In this document: in pieces, positions 1 through 14,104 of the stretch
How positions within the stretch are numbered: the stretch's first letter is position 1
Layout of the letters: each line of letters starts with the position of its first letter
Origin: Azolla caroliniana
Taxonomy: Eukaryota; Plantae; Polypodiophyta
Length of the DNA: 64,000 nt
Direction of reading: 5' to 3'
NCBI GenBank assembly: GCA_043228905.1
Contig: JBHGNT010000006.1
Coordinates: 15,686,001-15,750,000, forward strand
Position numbers and translations under genes: made by a program
The notes under the pieces: model-generated
Databases searched by the model: none
Told to the model about the DNA's origin: nothing
The model's input: the letters and a program-made list of their open reading frames with translations, nothing else

Positions 1-1911
1 AAGAACAAAATTCGGTTCGACAAGACGCCAAGAAGAATTATTAGCGGCACGGATAAGGAAACTTGAAAGGAGTCCTGAAGATCTAGAAAAAGCGTGAAAG
101 ATGATGAAGGCAGCCCGAGTGAAGAACAAAATTCGGTTCGACAAGACGCACCGACTGCGTCCCAAGAAGATCGAAGAAGGAGATTGGGTATTGGTCTACA
201 ATAGCAGCCTTGACAATCAACACAAGACAACAAGGAAGTTAATAAGAAGATGGTTCGGATCGTATGTGGTGACAAGTGCCAACGACAAAGCCACATACCA
301 CCTTGCGGAGCTAGACGGATCTAGGTTGGCCATGCCCATTGCGGGAAGAGAATATGAGGATCCTAACCTTGATCACATCAACAATGAAGATAGTAGGACT
401 GAACCTACAGATTTGAGTTATGTGAACGAGGACATGGAGGAATCTGATTAATCACCGTAGCTGAAATCTCACACACTCTCTTCTTGGCACATACAGGTTG
501 TTTGGCCATTCTGGCTATTGGTCGGCCATTCCGACCATTTCGGTTCCTCCTGCCACTCCATCTTTGTCTTCGGCTCTGTTGCCATCGAGCTCATCTTTCG
601 GCAACTCTGGTTGTCTATTTAGGGTTTTAGGCAACCGTCGTTCCTTCCGGCTGTTGGTTGCTGTCCAGTTCAGCTGCCTCCGTTCCGGCGCCATTCGGTC
701 ACTCCGACCGTTATGTGTCTTTGCGCATTCTAGATATCGATCCAACCGCTATCCAACTATTCGGCCCATTCTGGTTGTCGTTTGGCGGTTCTCTATCCAG
801 CCCATCAAGCCACTCCGGTCACTTCGGCCGCGCCTCGGCCACTATTTGGCCGCTCGTCCATCGTTCCGGCTCCATCTCTGACCGTTGTTGTCGTCCTTGT
901 CTTTTTGGTTGTCTCTCGCACAACGCTTTCCTGCACACCCACATTGTCGTTAACTGCATGCTTGAACATACGTTTGTTGCGTATCCTTTTGCGACGTCCT
1001 CTCGCACAACATCACCATGTTGCATTCGTCGACCTCGATGGCTTCCAATCAACATCACCATTTCCCGCACATCCTCCATTTGATTTCTCGCACATTTCAT
1101 CGTTGCCATGTCTTTGCTGTGTTACAATAGTCTTCGACTTCGTCTCCAAAGGGGGATCGCATCATGGTCACCAAAATTGTGTTGTATGTGGGTTGGATAA
1201 GCCACTAACACAGGGTGTCCCTTCGGAACACTTCACCAAAGGGGTGGTATTGTAAGGAATGTCCAGACCGTAATACATAACCGATTCTTCCCGGTTACTA
1301 TCCGGAATGATTAACTTGATACATGCCTATGATAATCACATTAAGCACAGAACGACATTAACAAGATTAACAGTATGTAAAGCTACAACACTTCTTTATT
1401 AATTATCCGTTGTTAATTACATCGTTGTTATCGGTTTTAGGGTTAGGATAGAGGATGATGATGATAAATGATAATGTATGTGTGATGATGATGGTGAGAG
1501 AGAACATGAAGAACAAGAGAAGCATTGAGGGGTGGGGGGTGGTGCCTAGAATGGCTCCACCCCCCTCCCAAGGGGGTTCAACGTTAGGGAAGAGAGAGAG
1601 AGAGAAACATGTCAAAGAGAGAGAGAGAGAAATGTTCTTTTTCATTCATTCCCCATAAGGGGTTAAATAGGTACAAAGGGGTAGATCCACAAGAGTGTAA
1701 GCACCCTTGGCATTCACACCTAGTCACTCATTCACACCTCTTTTTATCTACCACACACACTTACATTCACACTCATAATCGTGTAACATTACACATACAT
1801 ATCAACACATTACATTTTTCACCCTCACTTATCACACTTATCAATCACCCGTACATCTCGTACGGTAACCATCTTCTCCGGATCCTTTTATAGGTATCCG
1901 GATGTGTTACA
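1..1911 (+). mobile_element. 3' end of a Ty3/Gypsy LTR retrotransposon: integrase C-terminal region, 3' UTR, PPT (~1238-1250) and 3' LTR (1251-1911)
   Basis: ORF 101-451 (EGDWVLVY...RRWFGSYVV...ATYHLAELDG) is a Gypsy integrase C-terminal SH3-like segment, homologous to 57066-57362. The purine tract aaaggggtggta is followed by TGTAA...TTACA. Confidence 0.75.
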
Positions 1912-2434
1912 AACTGGTGCCAACCGGCAACCGGCTATGAACTGATCCAGATTCGGATTGGCATACCAATTCTAGGTTCGTCTGTCCTATCTTATAATTA
2001 TCATAATTTATCGAACTACAATTCCCAAAATCGGCTCCCCGTTCATACTCTGGCCTAACCGACCAACATCGAACATTTAGGATGTTCTCGGGGAATCGAC
2101 ATCGACAATTCAAATCTCGGCTTTAGTTCTTCTGACCCCACTCGACTCGGCCTTCTGTTCTTATATTTTGCTGATTCAAACAAAACCGCTATGTTCGATA
2201 ATTGTGTATAATTTGTAAAATTTTCTTATTTATTTATTTTACATTACAAGGGAGTGTCGAATACGAGTCTCTAATGGCCATATTCACATTGTCCCTTTGG
2301 ACAGTCTAGGTTTAGGAAATTTTTGTAAATATTTTAAATGGTAGTTGCCCTAGCCCAGTTAGTATATAAAGGGCTTTGTAACCTAACTCATGTTGTTGTT
2401 GCTATTGTTGGAGAGTTGCTGTCTCCATTGTATT

Positions 2435-5400
2435 TATTAGAGATTAGGTACTAAAGTAAGCATAAAATAAGGATATATCAATGATAGATCTAGAAAGAAT
2501 AGAGAGAAAAGAGAGAAAGAAGGGTGCCGATCCACCCGACCACCCCCGAGCGAAGGGATCGAGACGGACTCGAGCCTCGATCGGCGTCCCATACCACCGC
2601 CTTGGCGTCGAGTCGTACCTGGACGATAGCGCGCTTGCTACAAGAGTCGTTCCACTCACGGACAGAGTCTCGACGTACTCAATGCATGCCCAAATGAGGG
2701 TAGCTAGGCCTCTTATTTATAGTAATTCTCAAGGCCCCCAGCCATGTTCACACTTGGCCTCATGGGTTGTCTCAATCCCGAGGATTAAAAGTAATCCTCC
2801 CCTTCTTTAGACTCTTTGTTTAACCCTCACACTTATCCACGTGTATAGAATACTACGACAATTCTCACCACGGGATATTATATGGTCATGCCCGTAACAT
2901 ACTCCCCCTCTTTAAAACATTGCACTCTTGCAATGGAAAGTTAGGGAAGTTAGTTCTTAGAGTCGTTTCGCGTTCCCATGTGGCATCTTTGATTGATTTA
3001 TCCATCCATTTTATTTTAAATTCTCGAATTTCCTTAGCACGTAATTTTTTTGTTTTAACATCGAGAATTCTTTCTGGTACATGTGGTTTAGAAGATAAAT
3101 CTTCAGAAGTAACCAGAGTTTCAGTTGTAACTGTATTGTCGCCAGAACCTAGAAGTTCTTTTAGACGACTTACATGAAAGACTGGATGGATTCCAACACC
3201 ATCGGGAAGAGCGAGACGATAGGCTGATGATCCAATGCGTTTGAGGACTGTAAAAGGTCCACAAAACCGTGGGGCTAACTTAGCACACTTACCCGTAGAC
3301 AATGTCTTAGAATTGTGAGGTACACGTAAAAATACCTTCTGTCCAGGGCTGAATACACGAGGTTGCCTGTGATGATCGGCATAAAAACGCGCTCTATCTT
3401 GAGCTGTTTTTATATTATCCCGTGCAATATGCAACATATCTTGCATATCCCGAAGAAAGTTTTGCGTACTTCGCAACTCATCATGATGTATATTAACATC
3501 AATCGGGGCTCGTGGCTGAAATCCATACATCAACATAAAAGGACTATATCCCGTCGACGTATGCTTGGAGCTGTTATAAGCAAACTCCAAAATTGGGAGA
3601 TAACGTTCCCATTTTGTTGGTTTTGCACCAACGTATGCTCGAAGCATGTCCTCAATAATTTGATTTACTCGTTCTGTCTGTCCATCGGATTGAGGATGAT
3701 CCGTGGAGCTCATGCTCAACGTAGTTTCTAACTTCTTAAAGACTTGCGTCCAGAAGTCACTAGTAAACTTTGGATCTCGGTCACTCACGATATCCATCGG
3801 TAACCCGTAAAAACGAAATAACTCATCAACGAATTGGTAAGCCAATTCAGGAGCTGTTATCGTGGTTTTAGTAGCAATAAATCTGGCCATTTTAGTTAGT
3901 CTGTCAACCACAACCCATATGGCATCATGACCTTTTTGGGTGCGAGGAAGGCTAACAATAAAATCCATGGATATACTTTCCCACTTATTATTGGGAATGT
4001 CCAAGGGATGTAAAAGTCCTGCGGCTTTAAGTCGCTCGGCTTTGTTAACCTGACATTGGTGACATTTAGTCACATAGCTATGTATGTCAGGACGCATCTT
4101 AGGCCAATAAAATTGAGTGGAGATGAGAACGAGTGTACGATGTATTCCAGGGTGCCCTGCTGAGGGTGCATCATGGCATTCAAAAAGAATTCTCTTTTTG
4201 ACCTCAGGTAAATCTGGAACACAAACCTTCCCATTACGGTAGAGCAGACCGTTAGCAATGTGGAAGTATTCCTTCGAGGGTGTGGTGGTGTCTGTTCCAG
4301 ACTCGACTCTTGCCCAGTATTTTGCAAAATAATTGTCATCAGGATACTTTCCTCGAAGGTGATCATAAAGATCTGATGTTATTTCAGTGAAGCTAAGCAT
4401 GTTAACTTCACGGATGCGACTTAGTGCATCAGCGACAGTATTCATGGAACCTTTACGATATCGTATGGAAAAATCAAAGTCCTGGATGAGATCAGCCCAT
4501 CGTGCCTTACGACCTTTCAGGTCTTGTTGGTCACAAAAATATTTCAAGGACTCGTGGTCCGTAGTTACCACAAAGCGATTTCCATAAAGATAATGGCGCC
4601 ATGTTTTGAGCGCATGTATAACCGCAAATAATTCCTTTTCTTGAACGGTATACCGACATTGAGCAGAATCAAGTTTCTTACTCTCGAATGCTATTGGTTT
4701 ACCATCTTGATACAAGACAGCACCTATAGCATAATCGCTTGCGTCGGTTTCAACCTCAAAAGGTTTTGAAGGATCGGGTAAAAGAAGTGAAGGAGCCTTG
4801 CATACCAAGTCCTTGAGTTCCTTAAAGGCGAGGTCTAGTGTAGCATTCCACACAATAGGTTTTGTAGACTTACGCGTTTGACCTTTTAGAAGATCAGTAA
4901 ACGGCGTCGTCAATTGTGAGTAATTACGAAGAGATTTTCGCAAAAATCCGACAAAACCAAGGAATGATCGAACTTCTCGAATATTCCGAAGAGTGGGCCA
5001 AAGCTTGATTTTCTCGATGCGAGAAGGATCAATTTCAACTCCTCGTTCGGTTATGAGATGTCCAAGATAAGTAATTGATTTCTTGAAGAACTCACATTTT
5101 GAGATCTTCGCGTAAAATTGTTTGTCACGCAATATTTGTAAAACAAAGCGGACATGTCTAGCATGTTCTTGTAATGTACGGCTATAAACTAAAATATCAT
5201 CTAAGAAGATAACGACAAATTTTCCAAGTTGTCGGAAAATGTCATTCATTTCTTGTTGAAATGTAGCCGGAGCATTGGTCAAACCAAAAGGCATAACCAA
5301 AAACTCATAATGGCCGTAGCGCGTACGAAATGCTGTTTTAGGAACATCGTCCTCACTTATTCGTATTTGATGGTAGCCAGTACGGAGATCAAGTTTCGTA

Positions 5401-6488
5401 AAATACCGAGCTCCCTAGAGACGGTCAATTAGATCGTCAGCCCGGGGCAGTGGGTACGAATTCTTGATCGTCACTTTATTCAAGTGTCGGTAATTAATAC
5501 ACATACGTCATGTGCCCTCTTTCTTTTTAACCAAGAGAACTGGTGCACCCCATGGAGATTTACTATAACGTATATAACCCATTCGTAAATAGTCCTTAAG
5601 TTGCTTAGCTACCTCATCCTCTTCAGATCGACTTAGGCGATACGGAGGTATACTAATGGGTGCAACGCCAGGTACAATATCTATACGATGGTCTATATTA
5701 CGTTTAGGAGGTAAACCATCGGGTAGTTCACTCGGAAAAACATCACGAAAATCGTTTACGATTTCATCAAGTTGTTTTTGTTCAAAATATGTTAATTGAC
5801 CCGAGACATTATCGATATTGTAAACGTGAATGTCCGGATCAAGTACACAATAAAATAACGTAGAACAAGACAACTCGGATATTGATGGACACGAGGAAAC
5901 AATCGAGAGGGATTGTTTTTTTACACATTGAATAAAATGCGTACAATCGTTGAGTACAAAAGAAATGGAATGGCGAACCCAATCAATAAATAAAGAAGAG
6001 CTTTTATTATAAAACCAGGGATAACCCAGTATTACATCGGTGGTACTAAGATTCATTACATGGAAGTCTACTTCCTCTATATAGGTATCAATAGAAATTC
6101 CTAAAGAATGAATCGCCCTGTTGATGTGTTGTACTCTTCCATCAGCCAAGTGCACCGTGTAGGTGTGATCACTTACGGTGGGTTGGATTCCCCATATCTG
6201 TACCAAACGATCATTCACATTACGGCATGCATTGACTACGTCGAGACTCTGTCCGTGAGTGGAACGACTCTTGTAGCAAGCGCGCTATCGTCCAGGTACG
6301 ACTCGACGCCAAGGCGGTGGTATGGGACGCCGATCGAGGCTCGAGTCCGTCTCGATCCCTTCGCTCGGGGGTGGTCGGGTGGATCGGCACCCTTCTTTCT
6401 CTCTTTGTTTAACCCTCACACTTATCCACGTGTATAGAATACTACGACAATTCTCACCACGGGATATTATATGGTCATGCCCGTAACA
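2435..6488 (-). mobile_element. Chromoviral Ty3/Gypsy retrotransposon with gag deleted and 5' LTR rearranged; TSD GTATT
   Basis: TSD gtatt at 2430-2434 and 6489-6493. 3' LTR 2435-2899, PPT (aaagagggggagta on minus) 2900-2913. 6401-6488 is a direct copy of 2812-2899. Confidence 0.9.
2886..6218 (-). pseudogene. pol: Gypsy pol (partial protease-RT-RNaseH-integrase-chromodomain) with two in-frame stops
   Basis: [53 protein letters not shown] zinc finger, SMDF/SDRD/GQTE integrase triad, GPF motif, C-terminal chromodomain (PERILD...KIKW...ATWE). The two ORF-track pieces are in the same frame. Confidence 0.92.
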
Positions 6489-6629
6489 GTATTGTAACCA
6501 TTCTCTTAATAATATTGTTACATTGCGTGCCTCTATGTCTCCCTCTCTCTCTCAGATTCTCTGTTGTATCTTTCTTACATATGCTAACTCAGTGATCTTC
6601 ATCGCGAGATGCTATTTATGTTTCTGCAT

Positions 6630-8017
6630 TGATGGCCTCAGTTCCCAACAATTAAAGCCGGTGTTGCTTCTCAAGCTAGCATGCTTCACAAATTCGGGCA
6701 ATCTGTACACAACCTGTTTCGACTACAGGTCCTTAAGCCTTTGATAATTTATGTGGCCGATCCGGTTATGCCAAAAGGTCGATATTCGACTCCACCTTCT
6801 ATCCTTTTGCGAATAGAGCGGTGCCGACATCATTGGTGTCAAGGATAAACATCCTCCCATCCCGACACCCTTGCACGATTTTCTAGCCTTCTTCCTTGAT
6901 GAAGCACCCGAGATGTGTGAATTGTACTTGCATCCCCTCTTTGACGATCTGTCTAACTAACACTAGGTTCTTTGTAATTGTCGGAATATGTACTACGTTC
7001 ATGAACTTCAGTTTTGTCCTACATGAATTAAGGGGATTTCTCCGACATGTTCGATCGAGTGAGGGGTGTCGTCTCCGGTTTCGACAACTCCCGCTTGCTC
7101 TAGTTTTTCCAGATACGAGAACCATTGTTCATGCCTCGTCATATGGTTTGACACTCCGAATCAGACTACTTTTTTCAACACTCACTTTCTTGGTGGCCTT
7201 TCTTGCTACAGCACCAACATTCCATATCAGTTTTTGATTGTTGGTTTTTGGCGCCACCTTGACTCCCCCTGCTTGTGGAGGGTCTAAAACTATTGTCAAT
7301 ACTATCTGTGTCCCTCCGATGCTGCTCTTGTCAGCCGTTGTTGTTGCATGCCGACCCACCTTGTCCTCCACACCCATAGGGACGATTCGCCTTCGTGTAC
7401 ATCATCTGACTATCTAACATAGCTCTAGGATCAGTGTCCGATCAGGTACTGCTGCATCATCCAACGCTACTTCATTCGCTCCCTTGACATAGCTCTAGTA
7501 TCAGTGTTTGAGCAGGTACTATTGCATCTTATATATCCAAGATGCATAGTTATTTCTGTCGAGCTTTTGCGTCAAAAGTGAGCTAGCCAATCCTCTGTCC
7601 ATTTCCTTTTCCTATCTGTTCTTCACCGGAAGTTAGGTTTTCGATTTTTTCGAAAGCTCTTGTCGGTAGTAGAGGATGTTCTAACTCTCGCGCTTTGATA
7701 CCACGTAAAGAGTTACGTGTGAAAGTTCATAGACAAAACCGACTTCTCTGAATATTAACAAAAAATATGTGCAGGTTTAATGGAAGCTTCAAGAAACACG
7801 AGAGTACATAGGAGAGAGACAGAGAGAGAGGAGAACAACATAAACTCAAATTCAAAAAACTATTCCGTACACACAATTTGCTATGTGAGCACTATTATAC
7901 AAGTTCTTAAAGAACTAACAAAAATACTGACATGTACATCAATGCTCGTACCGAGCTACTAACACTGACTCCAAAAAATATGCCTACGTACTAGGCTAGA
8001 ATCATAGGCCTCTAACA
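6630..8017 (-). mobile_element. Degenerate Copia 5' portion: LTR 7704-8017, tRNA-iMet PBS 7692-7703, gag/protease remnants
   Basis: Minus strand reads TGTTAGAGG...LTR then TGGTATCAAAGC. The remnant NVVHIPTITKNLV...GMQVQFTHLGCFIKEEG matches the Copia at 43382-43789. Confidence 0.7.
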
Positions 8018-8497
8018 GCCTACCGGTTAGAATCCACATTGGAAACCTTAGCAACAAAAGCATCGGATTCGACCGCCCTTTTGGCATTAGAATCAAAATC
8101 GGACATCAACACGATCAACGAGCAGAGTGTCAAGTCCAATAATCGTTCCGGTCACGGAAACCCGAAAGAAATGGAAGAGGAGGTGTTAGAACATACACCA
8201 CGAGTGGACACAGACATTAAGATACCAACACCACCAACGGAATCGGGGATAGAAATACTGACAAAGGAAGCAATTTTAGTACAAACACCGCTAGCCACGA
8301 TACAACATGCTGACGAAGAGAACATGGTGTCGTATCCTTACCATAAATGCAACGATGAACCAGATGCAGAAGACCATGTAAGAGCATTCCTAACGACATG
8401 GCATGCAAACCATGTCTCACAACGACTCTTTGAGGAGGAAACAGACAAATCGAAAATTGTAGAATTCAGATTATCACTGGAGGAATAGGCTGCGTGC
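8018..8497 (+). pseudogene. gag: Gypsy gag fragment (same family as 58997 and 60113)
   Basis: DEPDAEDHVRAFLTTWHANHVSQRL...SKIVEFRLSLE aligns with DDPDAEAHVHAFEQTWEANHTSQRM...SKIAEFGVTLE in ORF 60113. Confidence 0.7.
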
Positions 8498-9200
8498 TGT
8501 TAGATATAATCAATGATCAGCCCCAAGTTGTAAATCTATCCCCATATGTGCTCTTAGAGTGCACATTTTGTGATAGCGCCCCAAATGAGGAGCGGCTAGT
8601 GTGCAACTCGACCATATGGGTCGATAAGGTGTTAATCTAGGAAACCGTAGATGCGTAGGACACAATATATTTAGGAAAGAGAGAAATAGATAAAAGGATT
8701 GGCTAATCAAGTCAGCTAGAATATTTTGTGGGCAAGTTACGATGTACTTAGTCTTGAAGTATGCGTCATTGACTTCAAGATAAGTATTATCTAGCACTAG
8801 CCTGTACCTAGGGAGTTGGGTCATATTAAATGACAAGTCAGTTGACAGAAAAGGAATATCTCCACTACTGTCAACTGACTTGCACATTTATACTAAGACC
8901 AAACATAGATTATAAGTCACTTTTCTCACACAGTGGTCAGATTGATCATTAGTCCCCACTAATTTTGTAGTGAGCCGGTCCATATCCTATCTAAGCTCTA
9001 AGGTGTGAGCGCATGGGAAAACTACCATTTTGAACTACTCTCATATGTAATAGAAATTCTGTTTTCATATATCCATCTCTGCAGTTGTAACTCTATATAC
9101 CTATCTACTCGATTCTCAATATTTCTAATATGGTATCAGAGCGAAGAGGTTGATCTAGATTAGGTATATACGGGTAGTTGCTGTCTAGCAACAGAGAGAA

Positions 9201-9245
<45 letters not shown>

Positions 9246-9247
9246 CA

Positions 9248-12200
9248 ATGGCCTTGTCCACGAATGTTGCAGCTGCTCCATTGCGCATTCGCCCACCTCC
9301 ATTGTCTGATGGAAAGCTAGATGGAACCAACTACACTCTATGGAAGTTCAAAATGTCTGCCATTTTGGATTCCTACGAGTTGTTGGAAACAATCATGGGA
9401 CCCACAGGGGGAGACCCTGAGCCCATGGCAACCTTTGACCCTGCACACCCTACCACATCAATTCCTCCAAATGCTGATCTACTTCGAGCCTGGAAGAGAA
9501 GGAATGTTGATGCGCTATGTACCATAGTCACTGGTGTATGTGACTCCGTACTAACACTAGTGCAACATACAACTAGGGCACATGAAGCTTGGAGCATATT
9601 GGCCAGCCAGTATGAGACCAGAAACTATACAAGGATACAAAACCTCGAAAATCAGCTTGCTGCAGAGAAGCTCGCTGATGGAGAGAAAGTAGAATCCTTT
9701 GTAAAAAGGATTAAGGATCTTCAAGATCAGCTGGCGGCTGTTGGAGTAGTCGTCTCTCAAGAGGATATGGCTCGTCGGTGCATTCGAGTACTTCCTTTCA
9801 AGTATGATGGCATTGTGATAGCATTGAACACTCAGGTTCGACCCACTCCTTTAAAATTTGATGAACTAAGTGCAATGCTGCTTGAAGAGGAGCTTCGGCT
9901 GAAGACAAGAGAAGAAAGGGAAGATTCAGCATTTGTCTCTAGGACTAAGGGTGAAGGGGCATCCAATTCAAACAATGCGAATAGGATACCGAAGAAGAAG
10001 AAGTTCAATGGATCGTGTTTCTACTGTGACAAGAAGGGTCACACAATCAAGGATTGTCGAAAGAAGATGGCGGATGAGAAGAATGGTTCTAATAAGACTT
10101 CTTGGAGAGAGCCCGAGTCCGCTAACAATGTCGTAGATGAACTTGAGTTATGGGTCGCAACTGAAGAAGTGTGTTCTTCAGTTGACACTCAAGTTGTTGA
10201 TGAGTCTTGGATTCTCGATAGTGGAGCATCCCGACATATGACCAGTAATCGTGACTGGTACAGTTCTTGGACACCTCTACAAGAGCCCATCAATGTTGTG
10301 GTCGGGAACAATGCTCGATGTCCGGCCAAAGGAACCGGAACCGTCTCCCTCAAAGCAACGACCGGTGGGACAAAGCATCTCTCTCAAGTGTTGTACGTGC
10401 CAGATCTGAAGAAGAATCTACTGTCCATTTTTGCACTGACTGACAAGGGTCTTGATGTTCAATTCAAGAAGTCGGGTGCAGAAATAACAGATTCTGCTGG
10501 CAAGGTTGTAGGAATAGGGGTGAGGCGCAACAATCTCTATGAGCTGAGCGCGTTTACCATTTCTACTGACCACAGCACAAGTACCAACACAAAGCAATGG
10601 CATGAGAGATTTGGGCATCTCAACGTTGTTGTGTTGAAGGAGATGAAGAAGTCGAATATGGTAGTTGGGTTGCCAACCCTATCTGACTTAAGTCATGTTT
10701 GTGATGCTTGTATGATGGGCAAGCATCAAAGATCAGCCATTCCAAAAGAGAGTCAAAATCGGGCAAAGACTCCTCTACAGCTAATACACATTGACCTCTC
10801 TGGAAAAATGGTGACTCCTGCAATGGGTGGATCTCTCTACTATATGCTAATAGTCGACGACTTCAGCAGAAAGATGTGGGTTTACTTCCTTCGGGAGAAG
10901 GCTGAAGCTTTTAAAATCTTCAAAAGATGGCATAAGTTTGTCGAGCGAGAGTCTGGAAAGTTAGTGAAGGAGCTACGCTCTGATCGAGGTGGAGAATTCT
11001 TATCAATAGAATTCTGTGAGTATTGCAAAGAGCATGGAATTAAGCGCCAACTTACAACTGCCTACACCCCACAACAAAATGGCGTTGTCGAACGTCGAAA
11101 TCGAACAGTTGTCGAGATGGCTAGGTGTATGTTAAAGGCACAAGCGCTGCCCGACCCATTCTGGGCTGAAGCAGTGAACACAGCAGTTTACATCCTCAAT
11201 CGGAGCTACACGAAGGCACTTCAAGGGAAAACACCCCAAGAAGCTTATTCAGGCAAGAAACCTTCAGTGCTGCACTTCAGAACCTTTGGGTGTATGTGCT
11301 ACGCACATATTCCAGATGTGAGCAGAAAGAAGTTGGATGCTAAAAGCAAAAAGTGTATCTTTCTCGGATATAGTGAAGAGTCAAAGGCCTATCGACTCTA
11401 CGATCCAGAGGCAAGAAAGATATTGACAAGCCGCAATGTAGTGTTCGATGAGGAACAACCACAGCTAGCTGAGAACAACGATTCTCAAGTTATCTCATCA
11501 ACTGAAGAAGTATTTTACCCAATCCCGACCCATTATCCAAAAAAGGAAGCTGAACCATCTGATGGTAATGGTTCACTAGTTCAGCCTATGCCAGTCCCAC
11601 ATGTAAAGAAAATACCTAAGTGGGCTCAACAACTCTTCAATGATCATACTCCTAAAGTTGAGTTTCCTGAAACTTCAACTGATGGATTACGAAGATCAAG
11701 AAGAATACAGGAGCAAGGAAGAACCTCTGACCACATTGTCAACATGGCTCTGATGGTGGACATCATAGGCTCAGTGAGTGAGCCGACCTCGGTGGAGGAA
11801 GCTATGGCCGACCCGAAGTGGAAAGAGGCGATGATATCAGAATATGATAGCATCATGAAAAATGACACATGGGAGTTGGTAGAGAGGCCAACAAAGAAGA
11901 AGGTGATAGGCACGAAGTGGGTATGGAAAGTAAAGTATAAAGCTGATGGCTCTTTGGAGAAATTCAAGGCCAGGCTAGTAGCGCAAGGATACTCCCAAAT
12001 TGAAGGGTTCGATGTACAAGAAACATTTGCCCCGACAGCTCGCATGACAACAATTCGAATGGTCATAGCGTTGGCTGCTTCAAGAGGATGGCCGATTTAT
12101 CAAATGGATGTCAAATCAGCATTTCTGAATGGGCATCCCAAGGAGGAGGTATATGTGACACAACCACCGGGGTTTGAGATACCGAATTCAGAAAACAAAG

Positions 12201-13342
12201 TTTGCAAGCTGAAGAAGGCACTATATGGTCTAAAGCAAGCACCAAGAGCTTGGAACAAGAGGATAGACAGCTTCTTACTATCAATTGACTTTAAGCAATG
12301 TGCTTCGGATGCAAGTATGTATGTCAAAATGAAGGACGGGAAACAAGTCATCATTATCATTTACGTGGATGATCTAGTACTTACTGGTGACCATGAAGAG
12401 TGCATTGGCCAAACACAAGAGTGTTTGAAAACTGAGTTTGAAATGACAGACTTGGGGATTCTACACTACTTCCTTGGAATTGAGGTTTGGCAAACCTCGG
12501 TCGGCATCTTCATGTCACAAAGAAAGTATGCAACAGAGATCTTGAAGACCTTCGGGATGATGGACAGCAAGTCGAAGTCGACTCCAATGGAGTCTAACTG
12601 CAAGCTATCCCAAGAAGACTCATCACCAATGGTTGACATAAGGAAGTATAGACAACTAGTAGGAAGTCTAATTTTCCTATGCAACACTAGGCCGGATATT
12701 TGTTTTGCAATCAATGTGGTGAGTCGATTCAGCAACAAGCCGAAGGAGACTCATTGGAAAGCTGCTCTACGTGTATTAAAGTACATTGTGGGTACTTTAA
12801 ATTATGGAATCTTCTACAAGCCAACAATTGACCAACTTAGTGGATATTGCGACTCTGATTGGGCTGGAGATAGTGATTCCAAAAAATCAGTTTCTGGATA
12901 TTGTTTTTCAATAGGATCTGGAGCTGTTTCATGGAGTAGTAAAAAACAACCAACAGTGGCACTATCTTCAACGGAGGCAGAATACAAAGCAGCATGCATA
13001 GCGGCATGCGAGGTAGTTTGGCTAAGAAGAATCCTTATGGATGTGGCAGTCCCAATAAGGACGACAACGGTATTGAGGTGTGACAATCAAAGTTGCATGG
13101 CCATTGCCAAGAACCCCGTATTTCATGCACGTACTAAACACATAGAGATTCAGTATCACTATGTGCGGGAGCTAATAAATGATGAGATTGTGGAGCTTGA
13201 GTACTGTCCAACATCAGAAAATGCTGCAGATATCTTCACAAAGGCGCTTGGAGCAGAACAGTTGCAACAACACCTTCGACGACTAGGTGTTGGCCCAATT
13301 CCAAGTGAACTCAATGGGTTGATCATTGAGGGGGCGTGTTAG
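9248..13342 (+). CDS. gag-pol: Intact Copia gag-pol polyprotein (1364 aa)
   Basis: [14 protein letters not shown] knuckle, WILDSGAS protease, WHERFGH/CDAC, integrase [31 protein letters not shown], RNase[16 protein letters not shown]. The stop codon falls inside the 3' LTR. Confidence 0.95.
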   Translation: MALSTNVAAAPLRIRPPPLSDGKLDGTNYTLWKFKMSAILDSYELLETIMGPTGGDPEPMATFDPAHPTTSIPPNADLLRAWKRRNVDALCTIVTGVCDSVLTLVQHTTRAHEAWSILASQYETRNYTRIQNLENQLAAEKLADGEKVESFVKRIKDLQDQLAAVGVVVSQEDMARRCIRVLPFKYDGIVIALNTQVRPTPLKFDELSAMLLEEELRLKTREEREDSAFVSRTKGEGASNSNNANRIPKKKKFNGSCFYCDKKGHTIKDCRKKMADEKNGSNKTSWREPESANNVVDELELWVATEEVCSSVDTQVVDESWILDSGASRHMTSNRDWYSSWTPLQEPINVVVGNNARCPAKGTGTVSLKATTGGTKHLSQVLYVPDLKKNLLSIFALTDKGLDVQFKKSGAEITDSAGKVVGIGVRRNNLYELSAFTISTDHSTSTNTKQWHERFGHLNVVVLKEMKKSNMVVGLPTLSDLSHVCDACMMGKHQRSAIPKESQNRAKTPLQLIHIDLSGKMVTPAMGGSLYYMLIVDDFSRKMWVYFLREKAEAFKIFKRWHKFVERESGKLVKELRSDRGGEFLSIEFCEYCKEHGIKRQLTTAYTPQQNGVVERRNRTVVEMARCMLKAQALPDPFWAEAVNTAVYILNRSYTKALQGKTPQEAYSGKKPSVLHFRTFGCMCYAHIPDVSRKKLDAKSKKCIFLGYSEESKAYRLYDPEARKILTSRNVVFDEEQPQLAENNDSQVISSTEEVFYPIPTHYPKKEAEPSDGNGSLVQPMPVPHVKKIPKWAQQLFNDHTPKVEFPETSTDGLRRSRRIQEQGRTSDHIVNMALMVDIIGSVSEPTSVEEAMADPKWKEAMISEYDSIMKNDTWELVERPTKKKVIGTKWVWKVKYKADGSLEKFKARLVAQGYSQIEGFDVQETFAPTARMTTIRMVIALAASRGWPIYQMDVKSAFLNGHPKEEVYVTQPPGFEIPNSENKVCKLKKALYGLKQAPRAWNKRIDSFLLSIDFKQCASDASMYVKMKDGKQVIIIIYVDDLVLTGDHEECIGQTQECLKTEFEMTDLGILHYFLGIEVWQTSVGIFMSQRKYATEILKTFGMMDSKSKSTPMESNCKLSQEDSSPMVDIRKYRQLVGSLIFLCNTRPDICFAINVVSRFSNKPKETHWKAALRVLKYIVGTLNYGIFYKPTIDQLSGYCDSDWAGDSDSKKSVSGYCFSIGSGAVSWSSKKQPTVALSSTEAEYKAACIAACEVVWLRRILMDVAVPIRTTTVLRCDNQSCMAIAKNPVFHARTKHIEIQYHYVRELINDEIVELEYCPTSENAADIFTKALGAEQLQQHLRRLGVGPIPSELNGLIIEGAC

Positions 13343-14039
13343 ATATAATCAATGATCAGCCCCAAGTTGTAAATCTATCCCCATATGTGCTCTTAGAGTG
13401 CACATTTTGTGATAGCGCCCCAAATGAGGAGCGGCTAGTGTGCAACTCGACCATATGGGTCGATAAGGTGTTAATCTAGGAAACCGTAGATGCGTAGGAC
13501 ACAATATATTTAGGAAAGAGAGAAATAGATAAAAGGATTGGCTAATCAAGTCAGCTAGAATATTTTGTGGGCAAGTTACGATGTACTTAGTCTTGAAGTA
13601 TGCGTCATTGACTTCAAGATAAGTATTATCTAGCACTAGCCTGTACCTAGGGAGTTGGGTCATATTAAATGACAAGTCAGTTGACAGAAAAGGAATATCT
13701 CCACTACTGTCAACTGACTTGCACATTTATACTAAGACCAAACATAGATTATAAGTCACTTTTCTCACACAGTGGTCAGATTGATCATTAGTCCCCACTA
13801 ATTTTGTAGTGAGCCGGTCCATATCCTATCTAAGCTCTAAGGTGTGAGCGCATGGGAAAACTACCATTTTGAACTACTCTCATATGTAATAGAAATTCTG
13901 TTTTCATATATCCATCTCTGCAGTTGTAACTCTATATACCTATCTACTCGATTCTCAATATTTCTAATATGGTATCAGAGCGAAGAGGTTGATCTAGATT
14001 AGGTATATACGGGTAGTTGCTGTCTAGCAACAGAGAGAA

Positions 14040-14102
<63 letters not shown>

Positions 14103-14104
14103 CA

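Larger units (their letters stand above)
1912..6628 (+). mobile_element. 3' UTR, PPT and 3' LTR (starts 2255, resumes 6494, end approximate) of a Copia element related to the one at 33888; interrupted by a Gypsy
   Basis: acaagggag|TGTCGAATAC at 2246-2264 parallels acgggggag|TGTCGAATAC at 39051-39069. Both LTRs share tattcacatt and ggtagttgcccta. Confidence 0.65.

Noticed and set aside
1-149. 28-bp repeat at 1-28 and 122-149; also a ~40-bp duplication at 7418-7528
   Set aside because: Small local tandem duplications inside decayed retroelements, with no sign of function.
8510-8887. Identical 125-aa ORFs (also 13349-13726) and other duplicated small ORFs
   Set aside because: They lie within duplicated LTRs; identity reflects LTR copying, not protein conservation.
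9203-9242. (GA)n/(CT)n microsatellites here and in several LTRs or leaders
   Set aside because: These are common in plant LTR and leader regions; the SLSLSL and ERERER ORFs are artefacts.
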